From the NCBI GenBank assembly GCA_030390025.1, contig JASTWF010000338.1, forward strand, positions 124,001 through 188,000: a stretch of 64,000 nt of DNA, in the 5' to 3' direction. The notes beneath the pieces are model-generated. The model ran no database searches, was not told where the DNA came from, and saw only the letters and a list, made by a program, of their open reading frames with translations. Source of the stretch: Squalus acanthias (Eukaryota). Below are positions 12,925 to 24,206 of this stretch, piece by piece (within the stretch, counting starts at the first letter, position 1; the number at the start of each line of letters is the position of its first letter). A program made the translations under genes and the position numbers.

Positions 12925-15900
12925 TCAACTGTCCTTATCTGATACTTTCTTGCAATGGGATGCGTGGATCCAGGTAGGTCTTTCCTTGACCTTTACAGCT
13001 GTATTTGTTGTCAAGAGTACTTGATATGGCCTTTCAAAGCGTGGCTGCAGACCGTTCTTCCTCTTAAAGACCTTTACGTAGACGTCATCTCCTGGTTCCA
13101 AGTTATGGCACTTTCCTTCGGCCGGTTCCGTTTGAGCTTCCTTTACCTGTTGGTGAAAGCTGGAAATACATCTAGTTAATGCAATGCAATAGTTTAGCAT
13201 ATTTTCATCCATTTTATGAATGTCCATTTGTTTAACCGTAAAGGGTGCTGAGAATGGCAGCCTTTGGGGTCGTCCCATAACAATCTCATGTGGCGACAGT
13301 CCAGTTGTCCTGTTAGTTGCTGCTCGCATTACCATCAATGCTAAGGGTAACAGTTCAACCCATTTTAGTCCAGTTTCATTGCAAAGTTTAGAAAGTTTAT
13401 TCTTCAGTACTCCGTTATATCTTTCTACCAGCCCTGCAGATTGTGGATGATAACTGCAGTGAAAATGCTGATTAATCTGCAAGGCTTTACATAGTTCTTT
13501 AACGATCATTCCAGTAAAGTGCGATCCATTGTCGCATGAGAGCTGCATAGGTATTCCAAACCTTGGTATGATTTCTTTTAGCAAACACTTCGCAACTGTT
13601 ACAGCATCATTCTTTTTACATGGAAAAGCTTCCACCCATCTTGAGAATGTGTCTATAATTACCAACACGTACTTGAATCCTAAACATACAGGTAATTCAA
13701 TAAAATCCATTTGCAAATTTACAAAAGGGCCTGATGGATTTGGGTGGGAGGCAGACTTTACTTCCTCTGTCTTGCCTGGATTCATTTCCTGGCAAATGGT
13801 GCACCTTTCACTAATTTGGTTTGCAATTGCCGAAATACCTGGTGCATACCATGTTTGATTAATATAGTCTGCCATCCCCCCTTTGCCCGCATGTGTGAAA
13901 ACATGAACGCAGCGGGCAATCCACGGGAGTAGAGATTTCGGGGCTACCATGCGGCCGTCATGGTGAACCCATATCCCTTCAGGCGTTTTAAAGCACGAAT
14001 CCCTTGCCCAACTTAACACTTCGTCCGAGTTAGCCTGTGACTGAAAGGTCAAAACATCATTAATAGAAGGTGGGTCATTGTCTGATTTTTGTTGACGCAA
14101 AACAAATGCTGAGACTTGTGGCCCTGTATCAGACAGAGCGGCTGATTTGGCAGCTCTATCTGACCGTTCGTTACCCAGTGCTATTTGATCCTGACCCCCG
14201 GTATGAGCCTGACATTTGATGACTGAAATTTTTGTGGGACACGCTAGGGCTTTTCAAAGGATACTAATTTGTTCAGCATTTTTAACAGTTGTTCCTGATG
14301 AAGTTAGAAACCCCCTTAATTTCCAGATCTGTCCGTAATCATGAGCAACCCCGAAGGCGTATCTGGAGTCGGTATAGATATTAACGGTTCGACCAGCAGC
14401 TAGTATGCAAGCCCTTGTAAGAGCGAAAAGTTCTGCTTGTTGCGCTGAAAAAGACTGAGGTAATGAGAGAGCTTCCACAACTGAATGATCATCTGAAATG
14501 GCATATCCAGCCCTAGGTGATCCCCTGTCATCCCGAAGAGCTGACCCGTCCACGTAGTATATTAAGTCACTATTAAAAATAGGAGTTTCAGATAGATCTG
14601 TTCGGGCCTTGGTAGCTAATTGGGTAACCGTCTCACAGCAATGTGGAATTCCGTCTTCTTCTGTTGGCAGCAGCGTGGCTGGATTCAAAACTGAACACCT
14701 TTGAATTAGGAGGTTGGAATTAGATAGCAATGCAACCTCATATTTGCTGCTACGGGCTGATGTCAGATGTTGGGTGGCGTATTTTGTCAGTAGTACTTCA
14801 ACTGAATGTGGCACAAATAAAACTGTTCGGTGATTAAGTGTGATGCCTTGAGCCTGTTCCACTGCGTAATAGGCAGCGGCTAGAATTGACAAGCACCCGG
14901 GCAAACCGCGTGCAACGGGATCTAATTGAGTACTGAAATACGCTAATGGTCTCTGTTTATCCCCATGGATTTGAGTCAGAACAGATTGAGCAAAGCCCGC
15001 TTTATGATGGACGAAAAGGTTAAACTGCTTCTGATAGTCTGGTAGCCCTAATGCTGGGGCTGATATAAGGGCTTGTTTAACATTTTCAAAGGCATCTTCA
15101 GCCTTTTCGTCCCAGGCGAGAGGATCTTCCGCTGTGGGTGCGGAAATATCCAGCAGTGGGCGTACCAGGTCAGAATATCCCACTATCCACTGTCTACAGT
15201 ATCCTGACATGCCGAGAAAATGTTTCAACTGCTGTTTAGTGCTAGGCAAAGGTGCCTCACAAATGGCTTTAACTCTTTCTTGCATCAAACGGCGGCTATT
15301 GCCATGGAGCTCATGTCCCAAATATTGTACTTTCTCTGACACAAACTGCAGCTTAGAACGTGATACTTTATGTCCTTTTGCCGCTAAAGCACGTAGCATA
15401 ATGAGCGAGTCGGTCTGGCATGATTGTACATCGGGTGAAGCTATCAGTAAATCATCGACATATTGGATAAGTGTGGATCCTCCGGTAAAGTGTATGTCTT
15501 CTAAATCACGTTTAAGGCTTTGCGAAAAGATTGTGGGGCTTTCTGTGTAACCCTGCGGGAGTCTTGTCCAAGTGAACTGTGTTCCTTTAAATGTAAAGGC
15601 GAAGAGGAACTGTGAATTTTGAGGGATAGGGATACTAAAGAAGGCTGAGCATAAGTCAATGACAGTGTAGAATTTCGATCCAGAGGGAATGCTAGTCAGG
15701 ATCGTGGCAGGATTTGGCACAACTGGGTAAACGGGTAATACTGATTCGTTCACTGCCCTTAGATCCTGCACAAGTCTCCACTTCCCACGCTCTTTCTTCT
15801 CGACCGGAAAAATCGGAGTGTTACATTGGCTCTGGGTTGGAACAATTATTCCTTGCTCCAACAAAGAGTTAATGACAGGCTGGATTCCTTGTTCGGCTGC

Positions 15901-16503
15901 TGTTGAGATCGGGTACTGCGGTCTACGGGGCAATCTGACAGATGGTTTTAATGTAACCTTGTATGGCTGAGCAGTTAACATTTTTCCAACCTCGTTTGAA
16001 TGGCTAGACCGTACTTGTGGTGGAATTTGATCGAGTAGTTGCTCTGTTTCCCGTGAGGTGTTGGCAATTGGAGGGGCGCATTCCTGCAAAGGATACATAG
16101 TGCATCTATCAGTAGGGATGTACACCTGTAGTCCTTTTTCTGAACAAATTATTGTAGCTTGCATTTTGCACAGCAAATCTCTCCCTAAAAGGTTCATAGG
16201 GGCATCGTCTGACAGAAGAAAAGCGAGCTGGCCAGAAAAATTGTCTGCTTGTATTTCTAATGGCTGTGACCACGTCATAGTCTGCGAGACGCCGGAAAGT
16301 CCTACACATGTAGCGCTCTTCTCTGTACACGGAGTTCCCTTAGCGTATTGCTTTGTTAATAGCGAGCTTGTGGCTCCTGTGTCAACAAGAAAAGGAACTC
16401 TCTTGCCCTGCATTTCTATGGATAAATATGGCTCATCTCTAGAATTTACTGATACTGAAGGTAATTGTAAAATGTGGGTAACGTTCGGGGCTGTTTCACT
16501 GCG
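12925..16503 (-). pseudogene. pol: pro-pol (PR-RT-RNaseH-IN) in one frame, with a single in-frame TGA at 14254-14256
   Basis: PR FLVDTGA/NLLGRDLL; RT LPQG/YVDD; RNaseH YVDGS, SAQQAEL, YTDSRY; IN H-H-C-C and QMDF/SCDNG/VERYN. ORFs 14254..16413 and 12925..14100 are in frame (153-nt gap reading [19 protein letters not shown]...[10 protein letters not shown]). Confidence 0.93.
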
Positions 16504-18168
16504 TCATGCTGAATAATTTTGTCCTGAGGGTCTGAATTGCCCCTCCATATATTGATTTCCCCAAGGGTTCCCTGTTGTAAAACCTGCCTGCGGACGAGTG
16601 TGAACCTGGGCTTGGGTATTTACATTGTTTTCTGCACATCCCCAGCTTTGATTTTGCTGGTTGGGGAACGGGCAGTTAGCCTTCCAGTGTCCAATCTGAC
16701 CACAATTATAACATGGAGAGTTTGTACCTCCTCCATTCCACTGGCCTCTGCCAGTCCCACCCCTATTTCTTCCTCTAAATCTCCCTTTGTTATACCCTCT
16801 GCCTCGTCCTCTGTAATGACCTTGATAATAAATAGTAGTCTGGTCAGTCGGGGCTGCAGAAGCTGCTTGCTCCATTAAGAGGGAAACCTTGTTCTTTTGA
16901 TCTCTATTTCTCTCCTGAATTTCTTTCAACATTTGTGTTAGTTCAGGAGTTGATTTATGCCTCCAATCTAGGCAGACCAAAGTCAATGGTTCCTTAAGTT
17001 CTGTTCTGAGACCATTTACGAGGGCATTGACTAAAGGAACCTGATCATTTTCTTTGGTCATTCCAGAATGTTGTCCCATAATTGCTTCTATCCTTTCTAT
17101 ATAATCCTCAACATCTTCGTCCTTTTTCTGAGTTGTCTCAATTATTTTTGTCCAATTAGTTCTATTTGGGAATTTAACATGCATTACTCGATACAATTCA
17201 GTCCAGAATGGTTCGTTTGGTAGTGTTTCTGGATTCCAGTCCTGGTCTGTTCTATGATTTTCAATTAATCTGAATTTATCTTCGCCTTCTGTTAAAAGGC
17301 GGTATTTGGAATCCTTTAACCAAGCTCTGAGTAGCTGGTCAACGTCCACAATAGTGGGCTGGTGGCAAATAATGACGCTTTTCAGCTCACCAATCGCTTT
17401 TTCTAAATCCTCTAAGGGGTCTGGTAGTTCGTGGATTATTGTCCGTAGCTCGGACGCTGTCCATGGGCGATGGACAACAACTGGAGCTCTGTTTGGCACG
17501 TGGACGTTGGGGAAACGTCTGAGCGGATGGATAGAGACATCTTCTTGGCCCTGTACTTGATCTGGCTGATGTGCATCCTGGGATCTGGTATGCTGACTGA
17601 CGTGATCTGGGTTGGGCCCCGGATTTCCATTTTGGGTTTCGGGTACTCCACTAACCGCTGCAACCTGTTGTTGCCCTGCATATGCGGGAGGTGGAGTTGG
17701 TCTTCCGTACCATCCCTGATCCTCGTCATCACTTGAGTGAGGCGTGGGTAAAGGAGGGTAAACGGAGGTAGGAGCGGTAGGCTTCAGGGTTTGTCTTAAA
17801 GCCATTTGTCTGACTTCATCTGGTTTAGCCAATTTATTCACTGGGTCTTTTCTCTTATTTTTAATGTCAGATCTACTGGCTTGTATACTACGGTCCTTAT
17901 GCCTTTCTGCTTCCTTTTTCCAGTCTGAAAAGGCTGACCAATTTACTGACTTTTTACCTTTTCTTTGTGGGTCTCTATTTGTGAGACAGTCCTCCAGACA
18001 TGTAATTCTATCCACGTTAAAGGTTCCGTCAATGGGGAACGGGTGTCTGCCATTCTTGGTCCATTTAGACCAATGAGGCAAATCCTTTGTGGACATCCAA
18101 CCACAGTTCTGGAAGATGTAAGAGGCTGGAGTTCCTTTTTCTGGGATTTTACTTTGTGAAGCTCCCAT
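16504..18168 (-). CDS. gag: Gag polyprotein, 554 aa, intact
   Basis: MGASQS myristoylation start; PTAP, YPPL and PPAY late motifs; MHR-like QKKDEDVEDYIERI; zinc knuckle CYNCGQIGHWKANC. Confidence 0.95.
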   Translation of the reverse strand: MGASQSKIPEKGTPASYIFQNCGWMSTKDLPHWSKWTKNGRHPFPIDGTFNVDRITCLEDCLTNRDPQRKGKKSVNWSAFSDWKKEAERHKDRSIQASRSDIKNKRKDPVNKLAKPDEVRQMALRQTLKPTAPTSVYPPLPTPHSSDDEDQGWYGRPTPPPAYAGQQQVAAVSGVPETQNGNPGPNPDHVSQHTRSQDAHQPDQVQGQEDVSIHPLRRFPNVHVPNRAPVVVHRPWTASELRTIIHELPDPLEDLEKAIGELKSVIICHQPTIVDVDQLLRAWLKDSKYRLLTEGEDKFRLIENHRTDQDWNPETLPNEPFWTELYRVMHVKFPNRTNWTKIIETTQKKDEDVEDYIERIEAIMGQHSGMTKENDQVPLVNALVNGLRTELKEPLTLVCLDWRHKSTPELTQMLKEIQERNRDQKNKVSLLMEQAASAAPTDQTTIYYQGHYRGRGRGYNKGRFRGRNRGGTGRGQWNGGGTNSPCYNCGQIGHWKANCPFPNQQNQSWGCAENNVNTQAQVHTRPQAGFTTGNPWGNQYMEGQFRPSGQNYSA

Positions 18169-18860
18169 CTTAGTAAAGTTTAATTATACTAGGCACTCTT
18201 CTTCCGGATCGCAAATTTCACCCTTTACCCCTTTACGATTATTATTAACCCTTCGGAGCTCCACAAGTGACAAACAATAACAAGAATTAACAACAATAAA
18301 GACAATGATAAGTAACGCAAAAGCCCAAACAGGCAAACAAATCAAGTAATCAGACATTAATCTTATACTTTAAACTAAACAAATAGTCAATTCTCAGCCT
18401 GCGTTGAACGCCACTACAAACTGAGTCCTTAACATTTAACTTATGCTTTATACATAACTTATATTCTAAGTGAAGGCTTCTCTCTAAACCTTTCTGCTGT
18501 GAGACTCTTTTCTCCGGCTCAAGGGACCCACCCTTGATACTGCAGTTGTAACCTTTTAGCGCTTTTTCACAACCTGGTACCTTTATTAGTCTGGGACGCA
18601 ACCCTGCCAACTCTCTTTCTTGCCTTCTTTGCCCGATAGTTTTGAGACTTGAGCCGTCAGAATTCTTCTCCTTTTAACGTTAAAATAAAAGAAGCAAAAG
18701 TTACAAGATTCAACTCAATTCTAAAACAGGATCGCAGTGCTCCTGTCGGAAGAAACAGACTTACACCAATTCAGTATCAAGTGAGAAATCCTTTTAGGTG
18801 ATAAAACATCACTTTGGCCATTTAGGATTTGTCACTAGAAATTCATAGTGTCCTTTGTCC

Positions 18861-18871
18861 GTTACTTACCG
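18861..18871 (-). promoter_or_regulatory. Putative major splice donor
   Basis: Minus strand CG|GTAAGTAAC about 15 nt downstream of the PBS, a usual retroviral donor position. Confidence 0.6.
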
Positions 18872-18885
18872 AGAGGTAGCAAGCG

Positions 18886-18903
18886 ATCTCGGTGGAACCT
18901 CCA
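18886..18903 (-). promoter_or_regulatory. Primer-binding site, tRNA-Gln
   Basis: TGGAGGTTCCACCGAGAT is complementary to the vertebrate tRNA-Gln 3' end (ATCTCGGTGGAACCTCCA); it lies 6 nt from the LTR. Confidence 0.92.
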
Positions 18904-18909
18904 AGAAAC

Positions 18910-19481
18910 TGTTGAAGTTTTACATGCCGAGTAGGACTCTTTTTTTAACATAGAATCGTGTCAAAGAAGGCTTTTTAATAAAGTTTACTTGTTACAAGGG
19001 AAGGTTCTGACACAGTCAAGTTGCTATGTCAGAATGCTTCGAATCTTACAAGATTTGAACATACTTTATACAAAAAGAACACAGAACAGGCCATATGACA
19101 TAGCATTAAACATACTGATTAATGATGCACAAACTTGTGAGTTATTGCATAGGTTTTCGTTATAATAACGAGCAGAAATTCCTTAAAGATCAGATAACCA
19201 GACCTTCCTTGTAGGATCCCTTTGTTCAATGTTCATTCTCTAATCTGTGGGTTGATGGCTTACCTTATCTCATCCTGAGCTGGTGAGAACTAATTGATGC
19301 CTTATTTTGCTAAGCTTTTCTTAGATAAGGAATTCTGAGTTGTCCCCATCCTTGTAGCTAATTAGAATGATTTACTTATTATGGTGACTCCTACTGTCGG
19401 CCATTTTGAATTCCCTTTTTTAAAATTCTTTTCTCAGAAAAGCCATTTTGTTTGTGTCTAGAAGTAAACTGCACTTCTACA
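18910..19481 (-). repeat. 5' LTR (572 bp)
   Basis: Minus strand TGTAGAAG...CTTCAACA; TATAAA at 19065-19070; ATTAAA near 18975; followed by the PBS. Confidence 0.93.
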
Positions 19482-19841
19482 GCTGAAAGAAGTGTGAAAT
19501 GCACTGGCAGAATGAAGGACAGCTGCCAGCTTCTGGGAGGGAAATAAAAAGGGGGGGCCAAACAAAAGGGTGGATGAAAAAATAAAATATAAATGTGATA
19601 GGGGCTGAGGTTATGATCTAAAATTGTTGAACTCGATATTGAGTCCAGAGGGCTGTAGGGTGCCTAAACGAAAGATGAGGTGCTGTTCCTCGAGCTTACG
19701 CTGAGCTTCCGTGGAACAGTGTAATAGGCCGAGGACGGTGAGGTCAGAGTGGGAGTGGAGCGGAGAATTAAAGTGACAGGCCACCGGGAGCTCGGGGTCC
19801 CCCTTACGGACTGAACGGAGGTGTTCCGCAAAGCGGTCACC
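19482..19841 (-). mobile_element. Penelope-like element 3' fragment (GIY-YIG C-terminus plus part of 3' UTR), a different family from the 58-64 kb copies
   Basis: Minus strand reads DRFAEHLRSVRKGDPELPVACHFNSPLHSHSDLTVLGLLHCSTEAQRKLEEQHLIFRLGTLQPSGLNIEFNNF. Confidence 0.85.
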
Positions 19842-20296
19842 ACAACTCTCTGTTTACTATCCCTTAGCCAATTTCGTACCCATGTTGCTACTGCCCCTTT
19901 TATCCCATGGGCTTCAATTTTGCTAACAAGCCTAGTAAGTGATACTTTATCAAATGCCTTTTGAAAGTCCATATACACAACCTCAACTACACTGCCCTCA
20001 TCCACCCTCTCTGTTAACTCATCAAAAACTCAAATCAAGTTAGTCAAACATGATTTGCCCTTAACAAATCCGTGCTGGCTCTCCTTTATTAGTCCATACT
20101 TGTCCAAGTGGCTGTTAATTTTCTCCCAGATTATTGATTCTAAAAGCTTCCCCATCACCAACGTTAAACTGGCTGGCCTGTAATTTCCAGATTTATCCTT
20201 CTCCCCGTTTTTGAACAAGGGTGTAAAATTTGCAATCCTCCAGTCCTTTGGAACCACCCCTGTATCTAAGGAGGATTGGACGATTGTGGCCAGCAC
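19842..20296 (-). mobile_element. CR1 LINE ORF2 (RT) fragment
   Basis: DWRIANFTPLFK...GNYRP...QHGFVKGKSCLTNL, then YMDFQKAFDKV. Confidence 0.9.
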
Positions 20297-20335
20297 CTGG
20301 GAAGTATATGAATGTGTCATTCAAAGTCAGTATAG

Positions 20336-20710
20336 TCAGGAGCCCACTGTTTGCTGCCACGTTTGTGCCAGCTCATTTTACTTTTGTCACTAAGAGACAG
20401 AAAGACATTTTGTCAGTGCTTGTTTGATGAACACGTTTGATTTTGTGTCTTGTGGAAATATTTGAGACGTGTTTTACTGAAGGGGGAAAAAACAGCTTTC
20501 AGAAATTATATTAAAATCTACCTCCTGTTCCAAAAAGATCTTTAAACTTCTTGATAAATACATTCCTGTTTGGCTATTAAAGGAGAGGCTTGATACAGTC
20601 CCATCATTAAATTACCTCAGCAATAATACGCAGAATTAGTGATGTGTGTCAGGAAATTGAAGTCCTTTTGCTTCATACGTTGACTTCTCAGGAATTTATG
20701 TTAAGTTGAT
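20336..20710 (+). repeat. ~350-bp dispersed block (also 27638-27975, 33415-33770, 53561-53900); possible decayed hAT (Charlie/Buster-type) transposase fragment
   Basis: Four copies with GTTTGCTGCC...TGTGCCAGCTCATTTTACTTTTGTCAC near their start. Broken frames read ERLDTVP..LSNNT / RISDVCQEIE, reminiscent of the hAT motif VPLSNNTVSRRI.DM..DIE. The repeat is certain; the hAT call is weak. Confidence 0.45.
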
Positions 20711-20784
20711 TTTTCTTTTTGGCCTGTTATGGGTAAATTAATGTGTCCTATGAAATACAGGAATGTGACCTGTGGACATAACAT

Positions 20785-21148
20785 AATTGAAGGCCATGGG
20801 ATTAAAGGGACAGTGGCAGCATGGAAACTGAAATTGTCTAAGGGACAGAAAGCAGAGAGAAGTGGTGAAGGGTTGTTTTCCAGTGATGTCCCCCTGGGGT
20901 GGGGATTCGGACCACTGCTCTCTTTGATATATTTTTTCACCTGGAATTGGATATACACGGCATGATTTCATATTTTGCATTTGTCAGGAAACTCAGAAAA
21001 GTAGTAAAGAGAGAGGAGGATAGTAGCTGACTTCAGGAGGATTAAGACAGACTGGTGAAATGGGCCGACACACGGAAGATGAAAATTAACACAGAGAAGT
21101 GTGAAGTGATGCATTTTGGAAGGAAGAATGAGGAGAGGCAATATAAAC
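20785..21148 (+). mobile_element. CR1 RT fragment
   Basis: GHGIKGTVAAW...EKCEVMHFGRKNEE; same left breakpoint as 31657 and 57580. Confidence 0.8.
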
Positions 21149-21474
21149 TAAAGTTTGACAGCTCCATTTTTGTTACATGACTGAAGAGCACTTTAACAAT
21201 TTACAACTGTAAAAATCAGCTCCACGTATTGCTCTGAAATGCAGACTCTGTAAATGTCGGGATGGACAATTGGAATTTGGCTTCAGATCTGCCTTTGGAG
21301 GTCGGCTTTACTTCAGTGAACTTTGGGTGGTCCAGATCTTACCGAAATTTACAATGACCCTGTTTTTGAGAGAGGTACCGAGCTGATTTTACTACTTTGC
21401 AATAGGAGACACGCAAGTCACCTCTTAGCCCCTCTTCTCAGTAACACTTACATGGGGCTTTTGCAAGAAATAGC

Positions 21475-23088
21475 TGTTAGATTCAAAGACGGATTTTAAT
21501 TCTCAGAACAGAGACTGACAACATGCAGCCGGGAACAGATAGCAGAAGTGCCAGCAATGTTGAATATCAAGCATCAAAAGACAAATAGAAGTGATAAGGG
21601 AATCGTACAATGCAAAACAACACAGGGTGGTGGGATAATAAACAAAAATGGAGCCGAAAAGTCATAAAATGTCCTTAAAGAAACATAACAAAACATTCCT
21701 CAGAAAGATAAGAGGGAGGCCTTGTCAGTCATGCAGAAAGGGACGGCGAGGGATGCCTTCCCACTTCACAATTGGACAATAGGATGGGGATCAAATGATT
21801 GACACCAGGTGATTACCAGCCCACTGAAATAACTATAAATATAGGCGACCGAGAGAGGAAATCAGGCAGTTAGGGGCGAAGGCTTCCCCGAGGTGGCGAC
21901 AGCCTAACACCTCCAACAGCTCGAGGAATGACCCAACGGAAGTGACCGCTGCAGCAGACTGCAGGAATCCACCCAATCCGAGACCACCGTACTGCCTCCC
22001 CGACCGTCCGATCGTGGCATTCCGCTCCGAGAGTCGTAGATTGCTCTCTACTGTCACGGGTTGTATGTCTATTATACTCGGCTTAAACCATATGTAATAT
22101 CTGATTATGCTTTAAAACTGTAGGGGGGAAAAATTCAGTTGGTTGCGCCTTCCGTTAGCGCCTTAAGAGGGCACTAATGGGGCGCAAATCATCTAGCGCC
22201 CAGGCGCGGCGATGTTTGCGCCGCTCACGAAATTAACTAGACATTTTGCGGTGGCGCTAAACACTACCACCACGATCTCCTGCGCCGGCAGATCGTGACG
22301 TCAGTCGAGTGCGCAACGCCCCGGTATCGCCCCGGAGCGGATATTGAGTGGCGCCCCCTGCCTTACCGCCTGACGCTAGCAACGACAGGTTGAGGGGAGC
22401 GTTTTGCAGTCATGAAGGGACTGGGGGAGCGCTATTTAAAGGCGACCGCTTCCTGCCTTTTATTGTTGGTGCCATTTTTGAACCACGCATTCTGAGAGAG
22501 GGAGAGAGACTTCTGGAGAGATTCAACGCTGTGTGAAGGAGTTTTGGGTACTCAGCAGCACTTTGCAGGTTCATTTTGATTTTCCATTCCTTGTATCGAT
22601 TTAGAAGAGACTGTGGGGGCTGCACTCTGAGCTCTTTCCCTGGTACTCTCCATTGTTCTTTCCAGCAGATTTGATGTGCAGGTCTCTCCAGGCCGAGATT
22701 CAAGGCTGCAATGAGCAGGATGTGGATGGAAAGCAAGATCAAACATCCCCTTTAAGAACTGGCCCGTGCCATTGTGTGTGTGTTCCATTGCTGACTGACA
22801 TCACATGAGCTTCGCCAGCGCTCTGAGGTAGCTCCTCGCTCCTCGGCATTTGCGCCTTAAGACAGGTGTGAAGCGTCTGATTTAGCACTCCAATCACTCC
22901 AGGGGCGATAAAAGTCAAGTTTGCAGTCGGTGGCGATAATTAGTGACAGGCGCGAATCTTTGCGCCCGGCTGATAATTGCGCCCCAAATGGGGCGATACT
23001 GAATTTCTCCCCCTAGATCTTTAATAAAAGCCTTAACTCCTAAAACCCTTTGGGTAATCTGTGTGTGCCCTGTGATCCTAATCTTACA
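21475..23088 (+). mobile_element. Probable solo LTR (~720 bp) interrupted by a MITE
   Basis: Ends TGTTAGATT...AATCTTACA (imperfect inverted repeat); TATAAATA at ~21833; AATAAA at ~23023; absent from duplication copy B. No clear TSD. Confidence 0.6.
22124..23013. mobile_element. Non-autonomous DNA transposon (MITE), PIF/Harbinger-like
   Basis: TIRs GGGGGAAAAATTCAG / CTGAATTTCTCCCCC; 3-bp TSD TAG on both sides; GC-rich subterminal regions. Confidence 0.8.
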
Positions 23089-23336
23089 CTTTACAACTTT
23101 CTATGTTGAACTAATGAGAGATGAAGAAAAACACTGTTACAATTCGTGAAGTGACCTCATCTGGACCTGTTCCTCTGGATATACCAAATACCTGAATTTT
23201 ACTAATTGTACATTGTATAACATGAGACACAAAATGTTCCTGCAATTCTCTCTGACTCTTTATTCTTGTCAGTCCTGGAAATTTACCAGCCATAAGCACA
23301 GACTCGACAACAACAGGGGCCCCACATGAATTAGAT

Positions 23337-23980
23337 TTGGTCACCCTGCAGGATTCATTTGGCCTTCACCGAGGAGTCAAGGAATGGTCCTCTAATGGGA
23401 CACCGTCACCTCCACCCACCGACTGGTTGGAGCAAACAGAAGTGATGGGGACAGAGCAGCCTCTGCTGTCTCACCGAGTACTGGGGGAGTCTGTACCAAT
23501 AGTGTGTGCCCCACCACAGCTGGCGGAGGATTTCTTTTACATTCCCATCCGACAGGGGGACACTATTCAGCTGAGGTTACGTCTCAAAATGTGTGTAAGG
23601 TTGTTTGGTGGCCCGGTATAAAAGATGAAATTACGAAATGCTGTCAATGATGTTTAGTTAGTTTACAACAGAACCTTTCCCTGCTCACTAATTGTGCTTT
23701 TCTCTGGTCTGCTCCACCCCCAGAGGGGCCGTGGACACATCTTCAAATCGGTTTTATTGGACCACTGCAAAGGTCCAGCGCAGGGCATCAATACTGCCTG
23801 GTGATTATCAACAAATTCACCAAGTGGATTGAGACCTTCCCTTGTAAAACTAACTCGGCAATTACTGCAGCGCGCTCGCTACTGAGTGAGGTGATCAGCA
23901 GGTGGGGATTGCCCACACAGGTAGATAGTGACCAAGTTACACACTTCACGGGACAAGATTTCATGGAATTGCAAAAATCG
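23337..23980 (+). pseudogene. Integrase relic of a second retrovirus-like lineage (copy A)
   Basis: HSHPTGGH...WWPGIKDEITKCCQ*CLV (HHCC domain), then PEGPWTHLQIGFIGPL...YCLVIINKFTKWIETFP...RWGLPTQVDSDQVTHFTG. Confidence 0.85.
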
Positions 23981-24206
23981 ATTTCCACCTCAATATTTAT
24001 GAGCATCAACCACTTGGGAACATTTATCGAAAACTTTGACTTGCCTGAGCACATTCATATATTATAACACATTGGTATGCTTCCCAGTACATAATCCTAG
24101 AATAGATTCATATACATTGCAGAATGCATTCTTATAGTTACCAGAACACTTTCATGTTCTTCCCAGAATGGATTCATACACTTCGCAGAGTGCATTCCTG
24201 TACTAA

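Larger units (their letters stand above)
11242..19481 (-). mobile_element. Endogenous retrovirus, class I (epsilon/gamma-like), LTR-gag-pro-pol-(delta env)-LTR
   Basis: Paired TG...CA LTRs, tRNA-Gln PBS, PPT, gag, in-frame read-through pol (PR-RT-RNaseH-IN), env SU remnant with CWVC. Confidence 0.96.

Noticed and set aside
12955..18159. Plus-strand ORFs antisense to gag-pol (and similar ones within Penelope)
   Set aside because: Shadow frames of real coding sequence with no independent evidence.
18350..18610. 86-aa ORF in the ERV leader as an epsilonretrovirus-type accessory gene
   Set aside because: Non-ATG start and no recognisable motif; this length is expected by chance.
21149..21450. 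Possible hAT transposase C-terminal relic
   Set aside because: Only a vague resemblance in broken frames; cannot be supported without a profile search.
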